From Tricharina praecox (taxonomy: Eukaryota), in NCBI RefSeq assembly GCF_024521635.1, contig NW_026250408.1, positions 868,001-932,000 of the forward strand: DNA of 64,000 bases, written 5' to 3'. Under the pieces are notes generated by a model. The model was not told the origin of the DNA. It ran no database searches and saw only the letters and a list, made by a program, of their open reading frames with translations. The position numbers and the translations under genes were made by a program. Positions 50,701 through 62,800 of the stretch are shown here, piece after piece; position 1 is the first letter of the stretch, and each line of letters begins with the position of its first letter.

Positions 50701-52113
50701 GGGCTTATTTGGACGTGTGGACGTGTGGTGGTGGTGGCGACGGCGGTGGGGGTGCAAATGAGGAGATGAGATCCAGCCGCATGCACTCACTCACTGCGCT
50801 GCACATCAACAGCTGCTGGTACCGTACATAATTCTCCGAGCGAGAAGAAAAAAAGATAGAGTTTATGCTGCACCAACGCCCCGCACAGTGTCAGCATCTT
50901 CGCTGTCTGACCTAAAAGCGCTTTCAGGCTGTTCCTGAAGCGTTCACACCAAGGGCACATTGGAATCACACTTGTAGATTTTTCGCGAGCGTGGAGATTA
51001 GGAAAAAGGAAATAGTATAGTCCACCATGCAGACACAATCCGCCGAGACAACATTTCGGCCCACTGTAACCGATTGCAGCAACATCGGAAGTGTAGCGAG
51101 GATGTAGAATCTTCTCCCGAGTGCTTTCATGCGCAGTTCAGAGAATCTCACTCGGTCCCGATCGGGCTGAGGCCTTCCATGGGAGATCACTCGCCGTCGA
51201 GTGATGGCAGCCTACGACATCTTCAGGTCCTTTTGGGCTGGGCACATGATCATCAAGTGGTAGTTGCTTTCGTCTCAGCTCTCATCGCCACAAAATTGAA
51301 TGTCCACGAAGTATTCCGCCAGGAACCGACACGAATACTACTTCCCCGGCTGGTATTTATCTTTCAAATCAGGTCCTGATATAGCGTCGTTCTTCAGAAA
51401 AATCCTCACGCTCTACCAGCTGCTTAGACTGTAGGTGTAACGCTCTCAGCTTCATTGAGCAACGACCATCTCGACAAGCTTACCTGTACCCAGCTGGACT
51501 CGATCGACAGCAGCGGCGTCGTTCCGTCAAGCCTTGTCAATCTATCGTCGAGACTTGTCTCTGTTGACTTCTTCTTTCTTTTCTCCTCCCTCTCTCCTCC
51601 CTCCTCCTCCTTCATTTCATTCCTCTTACTAGTAAACCAACACCACATTCCCACAAACGCACTGCTCTCTCCTGTCATTCAATCCCCCTCGCTCCACCCT
51701 CTCTCACAATTCATCACTCCATTTCATCATCACCTTTGCTCGGCCTCAGGAGCTCTCCATATCCGACAACCTTCTATTTCTCCACCCCATCTCCTTCTCA
51801 CCCACCAACCGTGCTCATTCATCGAGACGTCTATTGCTACCACCGATAGGTCCTCTGAGGTGTTCGCTCATCCTGTTTACCACCACCCGAGGTCCTCTCG
51901 AGTCTCGGTTGCTCTGCTCCTACCCCTTACCATCGGCACATTGGGCCACTCTGCTGCTCGTAAGCTCATCCCTTCCGAATATCACAATCCGTCTCTTGCT
52001 GCCCATCAACTCGCTCCCCTTTTTTCATCATCTCCGTTCATCTGCTGAGGATTCCTTCCAAACCTAGCGTCGGGAACCAGACGGTTCTTACCTTGAGAAA
52101 CGTCTCCGAAGGT

Positions 52114-54810
52114 ATGGCTGCGATGTTCAGCGGTCCCGTCACTCCCGAGGAAAGATATGATCCGACAGAACCTCCTCTGTTGGAAACAACTGTTAAATTT
52201 CTCTTGATGGATATACGAGGCATGAAGATGGCCGTGGCCGTGGAGGATCCTCGATTCCTGCTGCAGCACAGCGGATACACTACATATAGTACCGGCAAGA
52301 CTAGGACGATGGGGCACGTTGAGTTCAGTATCGCTCCGAGAACCCAGGAAACTCGTCCCCGCGTTCGATACTACATTCGATACTGTTGCAACAAGGCAAG
52401 GTGGATCCTATCGTATGTTATTCTTGCTCCCGGCGAGCCACACCCTCTGGACGCAGATGTGGCTAGTGCCATCAGTATTGTCGGCCTGGCCTCGCAGGAT
52501 CCCAAGGTTGTACTCCGATTCGGGCAGCCCCCCTGCGCTCCTTACGTCAGGTTCAGATGGTCGCCTCTCTCGAGGAGGCCCAGCGGTGTTTTCCGATGTG
52601 TCAATGATGGGACTATGATCAAGGTCCCACACGGAGATCCTGAGGTTACGCGACATCAGTTCTTCGTCCTGGGCCTCCCTCTCATCCGCAAGTTCGCCTG
52701 GAATCCCAAGACGGAGCTCGACTTTACAAAGATTGCGGGACTCATCTGCCAGGACGAGTACGAAAGGTTGATGGCACTTGAATCATGTCCTCTCGAGCGC
52801 AAGCCCTCGCCGACGGGACGTACCCGCGAACAGTTAGAGGAGGAGGAGAAGGAGCAGTTGCTGGGGGAGCCGGTGAGCTTGCTTGCTGCTTCCACTGGGA
52901 GCAATACACCACTACCACCCGTCACGCATGAGCCGTTGGGCCCGACGTTACCGCCCAACCCGCTCTCGTCGACAGCTGCGGTGGCCTCAACTGCCCCTCC
53001 GGCCACAAGGAGTAAAGGCACTCTGACCGAATTTTTTGAGAGAGTCGGTGTAACTAGACCACTGTAAGGACCATAAATTCACTGGCTCCTTCCTCTTCCT
53101 CTTCCCTCTATCTCTCTTCATCTCCACCTCGCCATCCCCCTCTTCTCATCGTTTCCATCTTTTTCTCCTCTCCTCCTGCTCTCGGTCTGATTCCTCTCGT
53201 ATAGCACTCCCAAGAAGGCCGAAACCCCCAAAGTTACGATAACCGATTCGGACGGACAAATCATGGATCATATCGACACCGTCGATAACGACAAAGACAA
53301 CGAGCGTTCCAAGACCCCCAAACATCCGCTCCTCACCAAGCGTAGCCTGTCGTGGTCCGGAAAGCTGAGCATGATGGAGGAAAAATTGGAGAAGTTGGCC
53401 ATTGACGCTGGTCAGGCTGGTTTTATGAGACTCTCCCCGAAGAAGAGCGAGTCCCTGCCCGAGAACTCTCAGCGTCTCGGAGTCTCTGGACCGAGAGGAT
53501 CTCAGACACAGCCCGAGATGGAACCACCAATGACGCCGAAGAAGGAGGAAGCCGGTTTTCCGTGGCTCTCCCCGAAGAAGACCAAGGCCTCGAGCAGCTC
53601 CGACAATGTCGACATCCTAGGCACTGAACATCAAATCGAGATGGTACCTCCCATGACTCCGAAGAAGAGGGAGCAAGCTGGTTTCCCATGGCTCTCGCTG
53701 AAATCGAATCAGGCCTTGAGCAGCTCCCAGAATATCCATGTCTCCGTGCTCAGCAGAGAGCAGGCCCAGCTCGAGATGGAACCTCCGTCGACTCCAAAGA
53801 AGGATCGTGTCTCCTTCCGTACACCATTTTCCCGTCGGGACACAAATACGGACAAGGTCAACAATAAGGAGAACGAGGGCAAGGATAAGGAGAACATCAA
53901 CAGGAAAGGGAAGGGAAAGGCTGTTGTGGAGAGAGGCGACGATTGGACGGGCACGGGGAAAGAGAACGTCATTATGCGCTTCAACAGTTCCCCTCTCAAT
54001 GATCTTGTCCCGGAGAGATTCCCTAGGGATATAGGCGAGAGCTCTCGACACCGGCAGACTGAATACGGAAAGAAGCCCGAGTCAATTGCCGACCGTTTCC
54101 GGAGTCGAATGGGGAAGAACTCCGTCAGCAACGCCGGACAGAGGGCGACCCGATTCGTGCCTGGCACAACTATCCTGGAGGACGAAGCTTGGATTCGGGC
54201 TAACGAAGCCATTACGACCATAACCCTAGAGCCTAGCCGCCCCCTTGAGCTATCGCCGTTTGCTCTGAGACTCGAGGATGAATTGCGTCGCGAGAGACAG
54301 GAAGCGAAGCGTCAGGAGGACATGCGCCGGAAGGCACTGTTACGTGTAAATGGCCGGTCGAATGCTAGGAGAGGAAAGGTCGGTCAAGCCGCCGTTGTCG
54401 CTCCTGACCGTGCTACGTCCCTTTTTGGAATGCCTGAGCCCGTCACTCCACCTGATCCAGCATATATCGACAAGGTCTACGACCGCATTCAGATGCACAG
54501 CATGACCTCCGCGATGAGGAGAGAGTTAGGCAGGGAGGATAGGAGGGAAGGCGAGCCCCAGGAGGAGCTTGATTGTTCCTTGATGACCGAGGAACAGGTC
54601 TTCGATGCCAAGGTTGGAGGAATCAAGAACTGGGCCCAGTTTCCGCCGGTTCAGGTCGCGAGCGAGTTCATTCCCGAGTCCAAGAAGCACTGGGATTGGA
54701 GCGCTTTGGATTCGCACGGACGGGACCCTTTCGCCTCGGTCGCTGGTGTCCAGGAGCACCTCCAGGAGGTAGGAGCCGACCTTGACCTTGAGGACCTGGC
54801 CACGTTCTGA
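52114..54810 (+). CDS. Hypothetical protein, about 851 aa: N-terminal globular-looking domain plus disordered region with internal repeats, S/TPKK and KEN motifs; intron 53064-53204
   Basis: The 324-aa and 515-aa ORFs join in frame through CT|gtaagg...tctgat...atag|C, giving RPLTPKKAETPKVTITDSDGQIMDH. A probable 5'-UTR intron lies at 51960-52067. The 3' UTR after 54810 is T-rich. Confidence 0.8.
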
Positions 54811-55892
54811 TTGGTTGTGGGCTCCGAGGAGACATCTTGGCCCATGTTTGGGAACTGCTTGAGCCTTTCACGGTGATTTCCACTGACTATTGTCCTTATA
54901 TCCTGATACGACGTTGTGTTTTTTCTTCTTTTTTTCTTTCTGATTGCATTTGATGATGGTGAGATTTGCATTGTTATTCCCTTTACCCAGAGGCGGTATT
55001 CTTTTTATGGTTCTGTTAGTTGGCATTTTTCTTGTGATTCTTCACACATTACTCGGCGGTCTTTTCTCATTTGCATTACTCAGTGGCTTTTTTTCATTTG
55101 CATTATACGGACGGTTTTTCTATTACTCGATAGTTTTTCTTGTCATTTTCATCGCATTGCACGTTGATTTGTTTTCCTCATTTCCAAAAGTTTTACAGCG
55201 AGGGAGTTTATTGCTTACCAGAAAAGTTCGGCGGTTGTTTCTTGTCATGCTTTTATTTATACGGAGGGAGGGATTGTTTTACTTTCCACGGAGCAGGATG
55301 ATGTTTACACGGCGGTTTTCTTTAATGAGCTTTATCATATGTACCAATTGCGGGCGAGAATCGCTGGTTTGTCTTGTATCATACTTATGTTGACCTGTTT
55401 GTACTGATAGATGGATGGGGAGATTGGGGAGATTGAGGAACGGAACGGTGGTTGTTGTTTTGTACACTTGGGGTGTTCTGAGGTATTGGTGACTTTCGAG
55501 CATTGTGAGGATCGTGAAGAATTGGGAAAAAGGAGACAGTGAAGTCGAAAGCCCATATCACCAGCTCAGTCTCAATGAGCACAACCAGGCCAGACTCAGA
55601 CCGAGACCAAACCAAACCATCGAGTGAGAGTCTGTGCGCCACTGGTTTCCCCCTCTTCCCATCTACATCTCCTCGATCCGTCCTCATAGGCTCATCCCCA
55701 GTACAAGCGGACGAATTTTCGAGTCCAGTGGGCTAACTATCTCGCACAGGCATCTCCCGCAGGCATCGCCAACCATCAACCACTCACCGAGCACCGAGCA
55801 CCGACCGAGCAGCAGCGAGCATGGAGCAGTATGCGCCCCAGATTCCGCAGCCGATTCAGCCCAGTGCTGCCCAGTTGTTGCTACTACTACTA

Positions 55893-56636
55893 AGGGTCCT
55901 CAAACCTACTGGAGGAGCAGTTGGTCGGACTTTAGCGTGCCCAAACGGGGACGGAGGTGTGGTGGAAATGCGGTGTAATTGGCTGCCGTAACAGGTTAGC
56001 GGCCAGCCAGTTTCCAACCACCAACTGGCCAAATCGCGAGTTGGTGGTTGGAAAACCAGTTGGCCGCTAACCTCGAGTGCTGTGATAGGAATAGAGCAAA
56101 AATGAAGTGCTCGAACACTCGTTGCTACGGTAACTTGAGAAGCTTTTGAACTTCGGATACTATCAAACCTCGGACATCATGCTCCGCGTATCGTAGAAAC
56201 AAAAACACGCGCTTCAAACAATCAACACAACTGTACGAAAATTACAAATTGTCAACGTAAATTTCGACCGAAACAATGATGCAGACCCTTTACAATAACC
56301 TGATGAATCTGCGAATTTTCCCACCCTTTTCTGAGTAAATATCGTGCGAAGAGGTTTATATCGGGGGTGTAATTTCTGGTTGAGGTATCTGCTGCCTGGC
56401 AGATCTGGCGATGTCTTCGTGTATGGAGGGTAACTATTGTCTAAACGCGTGCTGTAGAGTTGTCTGTGCGGGAGGACGTCCAGAATCGTCACTGCGTCCA
56501 ACCAGCTCCCAACCAGCGCCCAACTGGTCACTCAGAGTTGACCGCTGTTTGTGGGCTTTTATTGGGTTAGACTGACCCATTACGGGCATGACGCTAAAGT
56601 CCAACAAACTGCTCCTCCAGTGGCTTTGAGGACCCT
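55893..56636. mobile_element. Non-autonomous TIR DNA element (imperfect TIRs of about 50 bp, TA flanks) with a nested hairpin element at 55993-56073
   Basis: The left end agggtcctcaaacctactggaggagcagttggtcggactttagcgt matches the reverse complement of the right end, agggtcctcaaagccactggaggagcagtttgttggactttagcgt. The inner foldback is aggttagcggcca...ttccaaccaccaact / agttggtggttggaa...tggccgctaacct. Confidence 0.8.
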
Positions 56637-57504
56637 TACTGCTGCTGCCCAGATTCCGCAGCCGGTCCAGCCCAGTTCTACTGCGGCTTCGGCGGCAGGG
56701 CAGCGGGCAGCGATACTCTAATTTGCTCTATCATAGGTACCTATATCAGGATAACGCGGCCATAGATCCGGCTGCACCCCGCCCCGCTTTCTATAGTGAG
56801 TACGTGCCTTTCACCTACGGCATCCATCTCCTCCGACTGGCCGCTGGCTGCTGGCTGCCGATACCCACATACCCACATATATCCATTCTATCATATCGAG
56901 ATAGCGAGATGGCGAGATAGCCGGACGTTTATTTCCACGATTGGTCCGTCCACGATTAGCTGATCCGCGGGGACGCAGATCTACTCATTCTAGAGCGCTC
57001 TCAGTGGATAGTAGCTCTGCGGGGGAGAAGATCAAAGTTTGAACTTTGAAGGGTTCAGAAAAGAAAAAAAAAGAAAAGGTTATCTCGCATGTCTTGCATG
57101 TGAAAGTTACTGTGGTACGGTAGCTTGAGCTATCAAGCATCTACTCTATGATGATCTACCTATGCAACGCCGAACTCCAGCCTGCCAGCTAGAAACACCC
57201 CACTCACCCAGACTCCAGAGACTCCGAGAGCTCAGATAGAAAAGATAGAAAAAGAGAAAACAAAAAGCAGAACCGCGGAACGCCAGTGATATTTGTAAAC
57301 CGAAGAAAAAAAACCAAACAAAAAAGCACACCTCTCCGAACGCCAGACCTTTTAATGTCGGAAGCAAAGTACAAGAGTAGAAAACCAAAGATGAAGGAAA
57401 AAAGTAGAAGCAGATCCCCTCCAACCCCAACGCCATCCGTAAACAAACATCCGCAAAGCCAACTCCAACTCCATTCCGCCCTCATTCCTTTTTTCCTTGC
57501 CGCT

Positions 57505-58407
57505 TCACAGCTCCATCTCATCCAACATCCACTCGGGCGTACTCCTGCCACTAGCACTCTCCATCTGCATATCCCTATCCCTCTGCCTCTCCCTTCTCTC
57601 CCTCTCGACCCTATCCCTAGTCTGCGTACTCGACGGCGCCAGCTTGCGCCTCCTGATCCTGCCGCCACTGCCAGAGTCGGTACTACAGCCGCTATCGCAC
57701 GTAGCCTCGTCGTCACTACCGTCCAGGCTGTCGGCGTAGCGGCGCTTCCTCCTCACACCTCCGCCGGTAGACGGCGTCCCCGGCGCACTAGTAGCAATCC
57801 ACAGCCGTCGCATCTCGGCGAGTAAGCGGCGTTTCTCAACCTCGTCGCCGCACTCGTAGTCGGAATCGGAATCGTACTCAGAGCACGTGGAGACAGCGCG
57901 GCCGTAGTCCTCCGGCGCATCCTCGAACTCGCCGTGCAGGATCTCGACGGCGCTGGGGCTGTCGCAGTCCGAGTCGGAGGAGCTGGAGGAGTCGCAGTCC
58001 GAGAGCTCTTCGATCTCGATTGTGGTGCGCGCGTAGGGCGTGTAGGGGGTGTAGGGGGTGGAGATGGGGGGGGAGAGGGAGGGGGAGAGGGAGGGGCAGG
58101 GGGATGCGGAGGAGCTTGAGAGCGAGGATTGGGAGGGCGCGGGGTGGCGGTAGGTGCCCATCGTGGACATGCTGTTCATGGTGGGGATGGTGGACATGGT
58201 GGGGATCGTGTGGAATTGGTGCGTGTACGGGCTTGCTGGGGCGGGGGAGGGTGTGCTGGGGGGGTTTGTGGCGGCGGTGGCGGTGGGGGTGGGGGTGCGA
58301 GGGAAGCGCAGGTGCTGCCACTCGGAGGAGACGGAGTGCGAGAATGGCGGGGCGGGGGTGGGGGTGGGGGTGGGGGTGGGGGTGGGGGTGGGGGTGAAGC
58401 GGATCAT
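57505..58407 (-). CDS. Hypothetical low-complexity, acidic/Ser-rich, probably disordered protein (start could be at 58407 or at the Met near 58197)
   Basis: This is a 300-aa ATG-initiated ORF with coding-like composition, acidic tracts (IEIEELSDCDS, EYDSDSDYE) and basic NLS-like clusters (RRKRR, RRRK). A T-rich 3' UTR follows on the minus strand. Confidence 0.65.
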   Translation of the reverse strand: MIRFTPTPTPTPTPTPTPAPPFSHSVSSEWQHLRFPRTPTPTATAATNPPSTPSPAPASPYTHQFHTIPTMSTIPTMNSMSTMGTYRHPAPSQSSLSSSSASPCPSLSPSLSPPISTPYTPYTPYARTTIEIEELSDCDSSSSSDSDCDSPSAVEILHGEFEDAPEDYGRAVSTCSEYDSDSDYECGDEVEKRRLLAEMRRLWIATSAPGTPSTGGGVRRKRRYADSLDGSDDEATCDSGCSTDSGSGGRIRRRKLAPSSTQTRDRVERERRERQRDRDMQMESASGRSTPEWMLDEMEL

Positions 58408-59512
58408 TGTGGTGGTTGTGTTGCTGGCTTCGGTGGGGGAGGGGTGGTGGATGGTGAGGTTGTGGTTGTGGTTGTAGTTACGATTGTGGTGGTGGTTGAG
58501 GTTGAGGCTTGTAGTGTTGGTGGGGCGGGAATTGACGATTTAGCTCTTGGAAGCTCCCGCGTTGATTGACAGTTGGGCGACTTCTGGAAGGTGCGAGTGC
58601 TAGCTTCTCGGTAGTAAGGCGAGTGCTGAAGCGTGCGTGCGTCCGAGATTTTTCGTTTCGTGTCGAGCTTCGAAGTTTGTCAAGATGGCGGGATATCGTC
58701 GGGGTTTTATCTCCGCCAGAGCGAGAGCGAGCAAAGTCGGAAACTATCTCATTGCGCGTGTCTAGTAGTGTGCAGAGTGCCAGTCGCTCAATCCGTGCAG
58801 GGTGCGGTGGTGGTGGTGTCGTGTTTTGCAGACGAGACGAGACAGCATTTGGAACACTGCCAGATCTTCGACTCCCGACTCTACCCACCTGTCGACCCGT
58901 CCAGCCCCGCCAACACAGCACACAGCACCACCGTGGTTACTTCGTGCTTCGGCAGGGATTGTGCGTGGGTGACTGGCCACGCGTGGAAAACAATTCTGAA
59001 AAATTGTGTTGCGCACACGAGCAGATTCTTCTCAATGCAATCTGTCTATCTACACAATCTACTCTACAGATCCACTTTTGCTCGTGAGAAACCCTCCCCT
59101 CGCTTTCCCCTCGCTTTTTGCTTTGTTTGAGCGGCACAGCGTCGTCATAGGATTCCCAAGTGCGTGGTCCACGGGCGCATGCACGGGAGCGAGCTGCATA
59201 TATGACGATGACTGTCGCTTTTTTCTCTGGCGGGGGAGGGGGAGGACAGAGTTCGTGAGTGAGTTCGTGAGCGAGGCTTTTTATTTCTGTGCGTGTTTGG
59301 TCGGATTGAGCGGGGGAACGGTGAGCACATTTGATGTTTGCACCGGCGAAGGAGGAATCAGGCAGGGTGGGGGGAAGTGAGAATGAAGGCTGGCGGATTT
59401 TGCTGTTGTCGGAGGACTGGCTGTGAGAGGGAGCTTGGAAGTTGGTGGTTGGGACACTTTGAGGGATTGAAGGGACTGGCTGACGGAGTGAGCGAGCGGA
59501 CTGAGTAAACGT

Positions 59513-59519
59513 GACACGT
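59513..59519 (+). promoter_or_regulatory. Candidate Hac1/HacA unfolded-protein-response element (GACACGT) upstream of UGGT
   Basis: GACACGT lies about 355 bp upstream of the ATG, with further CCACGTC motifs near 59648-59660. UGGT is an ER quality-control gene. The motif is short, so this is unproven. Confidence 0.35.
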
Positions 59520-59872
59520 CCACATCCACACCCCAATCGATCAGTTAACTATCATGATCGATATCGGCAGGCCACATCATGGCATCGAGACTTGAAAACA
59601 CATTGACGATTGCATCCGGCATTGAGTCTTGACACCTCTCACCCGTCCACGTCCACGTCCTCGCGTAGTTGCCGACACGGAATCTACCGTAGAAAGTAGC
59701 GTCGCATCCCCAGACTCGGCTGGTCTATTTCCGTTCTGGTGATCGTGGCCTCCTTGGCGTCGAGCTCGCGCGTCACAGCTGCTCGACTTCAAGCTCTCTC
59801 GTCTCGAATCTCGATCCATGCGACATCGCCACGAACACCCACGACTTCAATCCCCAGCCCAAACACAACACA

Positions 59873-62800
59873 ATGCGGCCACGACGACGATTAGGCAGTG
59901 GAGGAGGAGGAGGGGTGAGTGCGCTGCTGCTGCTAGGAATCGCACAGTTCCTGTTTCCGACCGCTGCTCTCGCCGCCGCCGCGGGAGCTCCCGCCGTCAG
60001 CGTCGGCCTCAAAGCTTCCTGGAACGGTGCGCCGTTCCTAGTCGAGCTGCTGTAGGTGCCCTCTCATACGTGATGCGCGCGCGGTAGAAAGCTGAGTGAC
60101 CACTCTGCATTAGAGAAACCATAGCGTCGGAGCACAGCGGCTCGTACTTCCCACTTCTCGACCGGATCGCCTCCGGCGCGTTCGCAAACACGACGAGCGA
60201 CCACGAGCTGTACACCTCGTTCCTGCGCACATCGCAAGCGGCGGGCTTCCTTCTGGACCCGGCGGACCTCTCCTCGTTCAACCTCGCGCTATCGCTGCGC
60301 GCCGCTGCGCCGCGCATCGAGGCGCACTACCACTACTATGAAACCTCGCTGGTCCCGCGCATGGGGAAGATGTTCGATCCTGCGTGCGCCGCGTGGGTGC
60401 TGTGGAGCTCGAAGCAGACGTGCGAGATGGAGGGGGAGTACGGCGACATGGTGATTGGGCAGCAGCGGTTTCCGAACGATGACAGGGCGCTGCCGTTTGA
60501 GCGCGCGCTTGAGACGGTGAAGGGACGGCCCGCGGCGATACTCTATGCCGATATTCAGGCCCCGGAGTTTAGGCAGCATCATGAGAGGCTCGTGAGGTAT
60601 GCTAAGGCCGGTCATGTCTCGTATCGCGTTAGGTATAGACCGCCGGTGAAGCGCAGCGAGAGGCCCGTCGTCCTCAGTGGATATGGCGTGTCGCTCGTGC
60701 TGAAGAAGACGGATTATATGGTCATGGATGATCGCGATGTTGAGGGTGGCTCCAAGGACCCGAAGGTCGTCGAGGAGAAGGGTTCCGCCGCAGCCGCCGC
60801 CGCCGCGCAGCAGTCCCTGGGAGGGCTTGAGGACTCGGAGATGCACGACATCAAGCCGCTGCAGAAGGAGGATCTCGCGGGGCTCGGCTACAAAGCGGCG
60901 AGCGTGGTGATGGGCTCCAAGGATCCGTTCGCAACGCTGGAGCGGCTCGTGCAGGACTTTCCCAAACACGCTGCCACCATCGCCGCCAGCGAGGTCAATG
61001 AGAATGTCACCGAAGAGCTCCGCGGAAACTGGGAGATGTTTGCGGGGCCCGGAAAGAACTTGATCTGGATCAACGGGCTGCAGATGGAGGAGTCGCAGAT
61101 GACGGCCTTTGCCCTGCTAGAACACCTCAGGCGCGAGCGGAAGAATATCAATGGCTTCAATTACCTCGGCCTCGACTCGTCCGAGGCGATCCGCCTGCTC
61201 ACCCACTCCATCTTGACCCAGGCGAAGGAGGAGGATAAGGTCCAGCGGTTCGACTACAGGGACGACGTCGAGGGCGGCGACGTGATCGTCTGGATGAACG
61301 ACCTCGAGAAGGATGCACGGTACGCTGAGTGGAGCAAGAGTCCCAGCATGCTGCTGCGCCGCGTCTTCCCCGGCCAACTGCATCCCCTCAGGAAGAACCT
61401 CCACAACTTGGTCCTGCCGGTCGACTTTACCGACAAGGACGATCTCTCGCTCATCTCGCGGAACATCCGCATCTACATCCAGCGCAAGATCGCTCTGCGG
61501 TTCGGACTGGTCCCGCTGACGAAGACCCGCGAGTCGGCGGACCAGGCAAAGGTGGTGTACTACCTCGCGGATCGCTACGGGCTCGAGACGGCACTGAAGT
61601 ACATTGACACCGTCCTCGAGAACAACGACTTTTCGAAGCCGAGCAAATCTGTCTTCGACGGCATTCAGGCGGGTGCGAAGCTGCGTGACGAAAAGACCGT
61701 GCTGTCCCTCGAGGATGCGCTGGCCGACGCGGACCTCAAGAAGAGAATCTACAAGTCGAAGCAATGGAACAACCGACTCGGCATCAACGCGGGGTCGGTG
61801 CCCCATCTGTTCGTCAACGGCCAGCCCGTACCGAAGGATGACGACTGGTCTTCGGCCATGAGCGAGAAGCTCCAGGGCGATGTCATGGTTGCCGCCCGGT
61901 ACGTGTACGAGAACGAGGCGGACGAGGACACCGACTTCGTCGAGGTCATGCTGAACGGGGCCGCTAAGCGCCGCAACGCCCACATCTTCCCCGAGTCCGA
62001 GGCCGATGTTAAGGTCATCAACGTGGCTGCCGCCATGGAGGATAACAAGAAGGTGTTTGGACAGCTGCCCCGGATCGATACCGACAAGTCCGACAGCACC
62101 GCCGAGGCTAGCGTCTGGGTTATTGGCGATTTCGATGAGCAAGACGGCTATGACCTCCTCGCTGGAGCGGTGGAACTGCAGACGGCCGAGGCCGGTGTCA
62201 GCTTGATGCTCATCAATAACCCGGAATTGAACACCGAGAAGCCGTCGCTTTCCAGCCTGCTCTACCAGCTCCGGGCACTTGGATTCCTGACGCCGGAGAC
62301 TCTGCGCGAGCTGATGGCCGAAGTCAACCCGAAGAAGGGGTTCGCCGGTCTGGACTCTCAAGGCGGTGTCCCGGACACCTTGCTGGGCATTGCGAAGCAG
62401 GAGGGTTGGTCGTATCCCGACCACCTCGCCGCCGGCAAGTTCTGGGTCGAGTGCAGGCCGCTTCTGGACACGTTCGGCATCGCCCCCGGGCAGAAGGCCA
62501 TCATCGTCAACGGAAGAGTTATCGGCCCGATTCCGCGCGAGGAACCGTTCGACGGACCGGCCTTCAAGCAGCTTTTGGAGTACGAGCACGCCAAGCGGAT
62601 CAAGCCGGTACTGAAGGCCGCCGCGGAACTGGGCGTCGTCGCCAAGCTGAAGAATGGTCATCTGGGGTACGCGGCGCTTACCAGTCTGGTGGCGTTGACC
62701 TCCACCTCGGAGGTTTCGTCGGGGCTGTTCCAGGCACCGGACGCGGCTCGCACCGATATTCCGAACCAGGTGCTGAAAGGGGAGCACACTGCCATCACAC

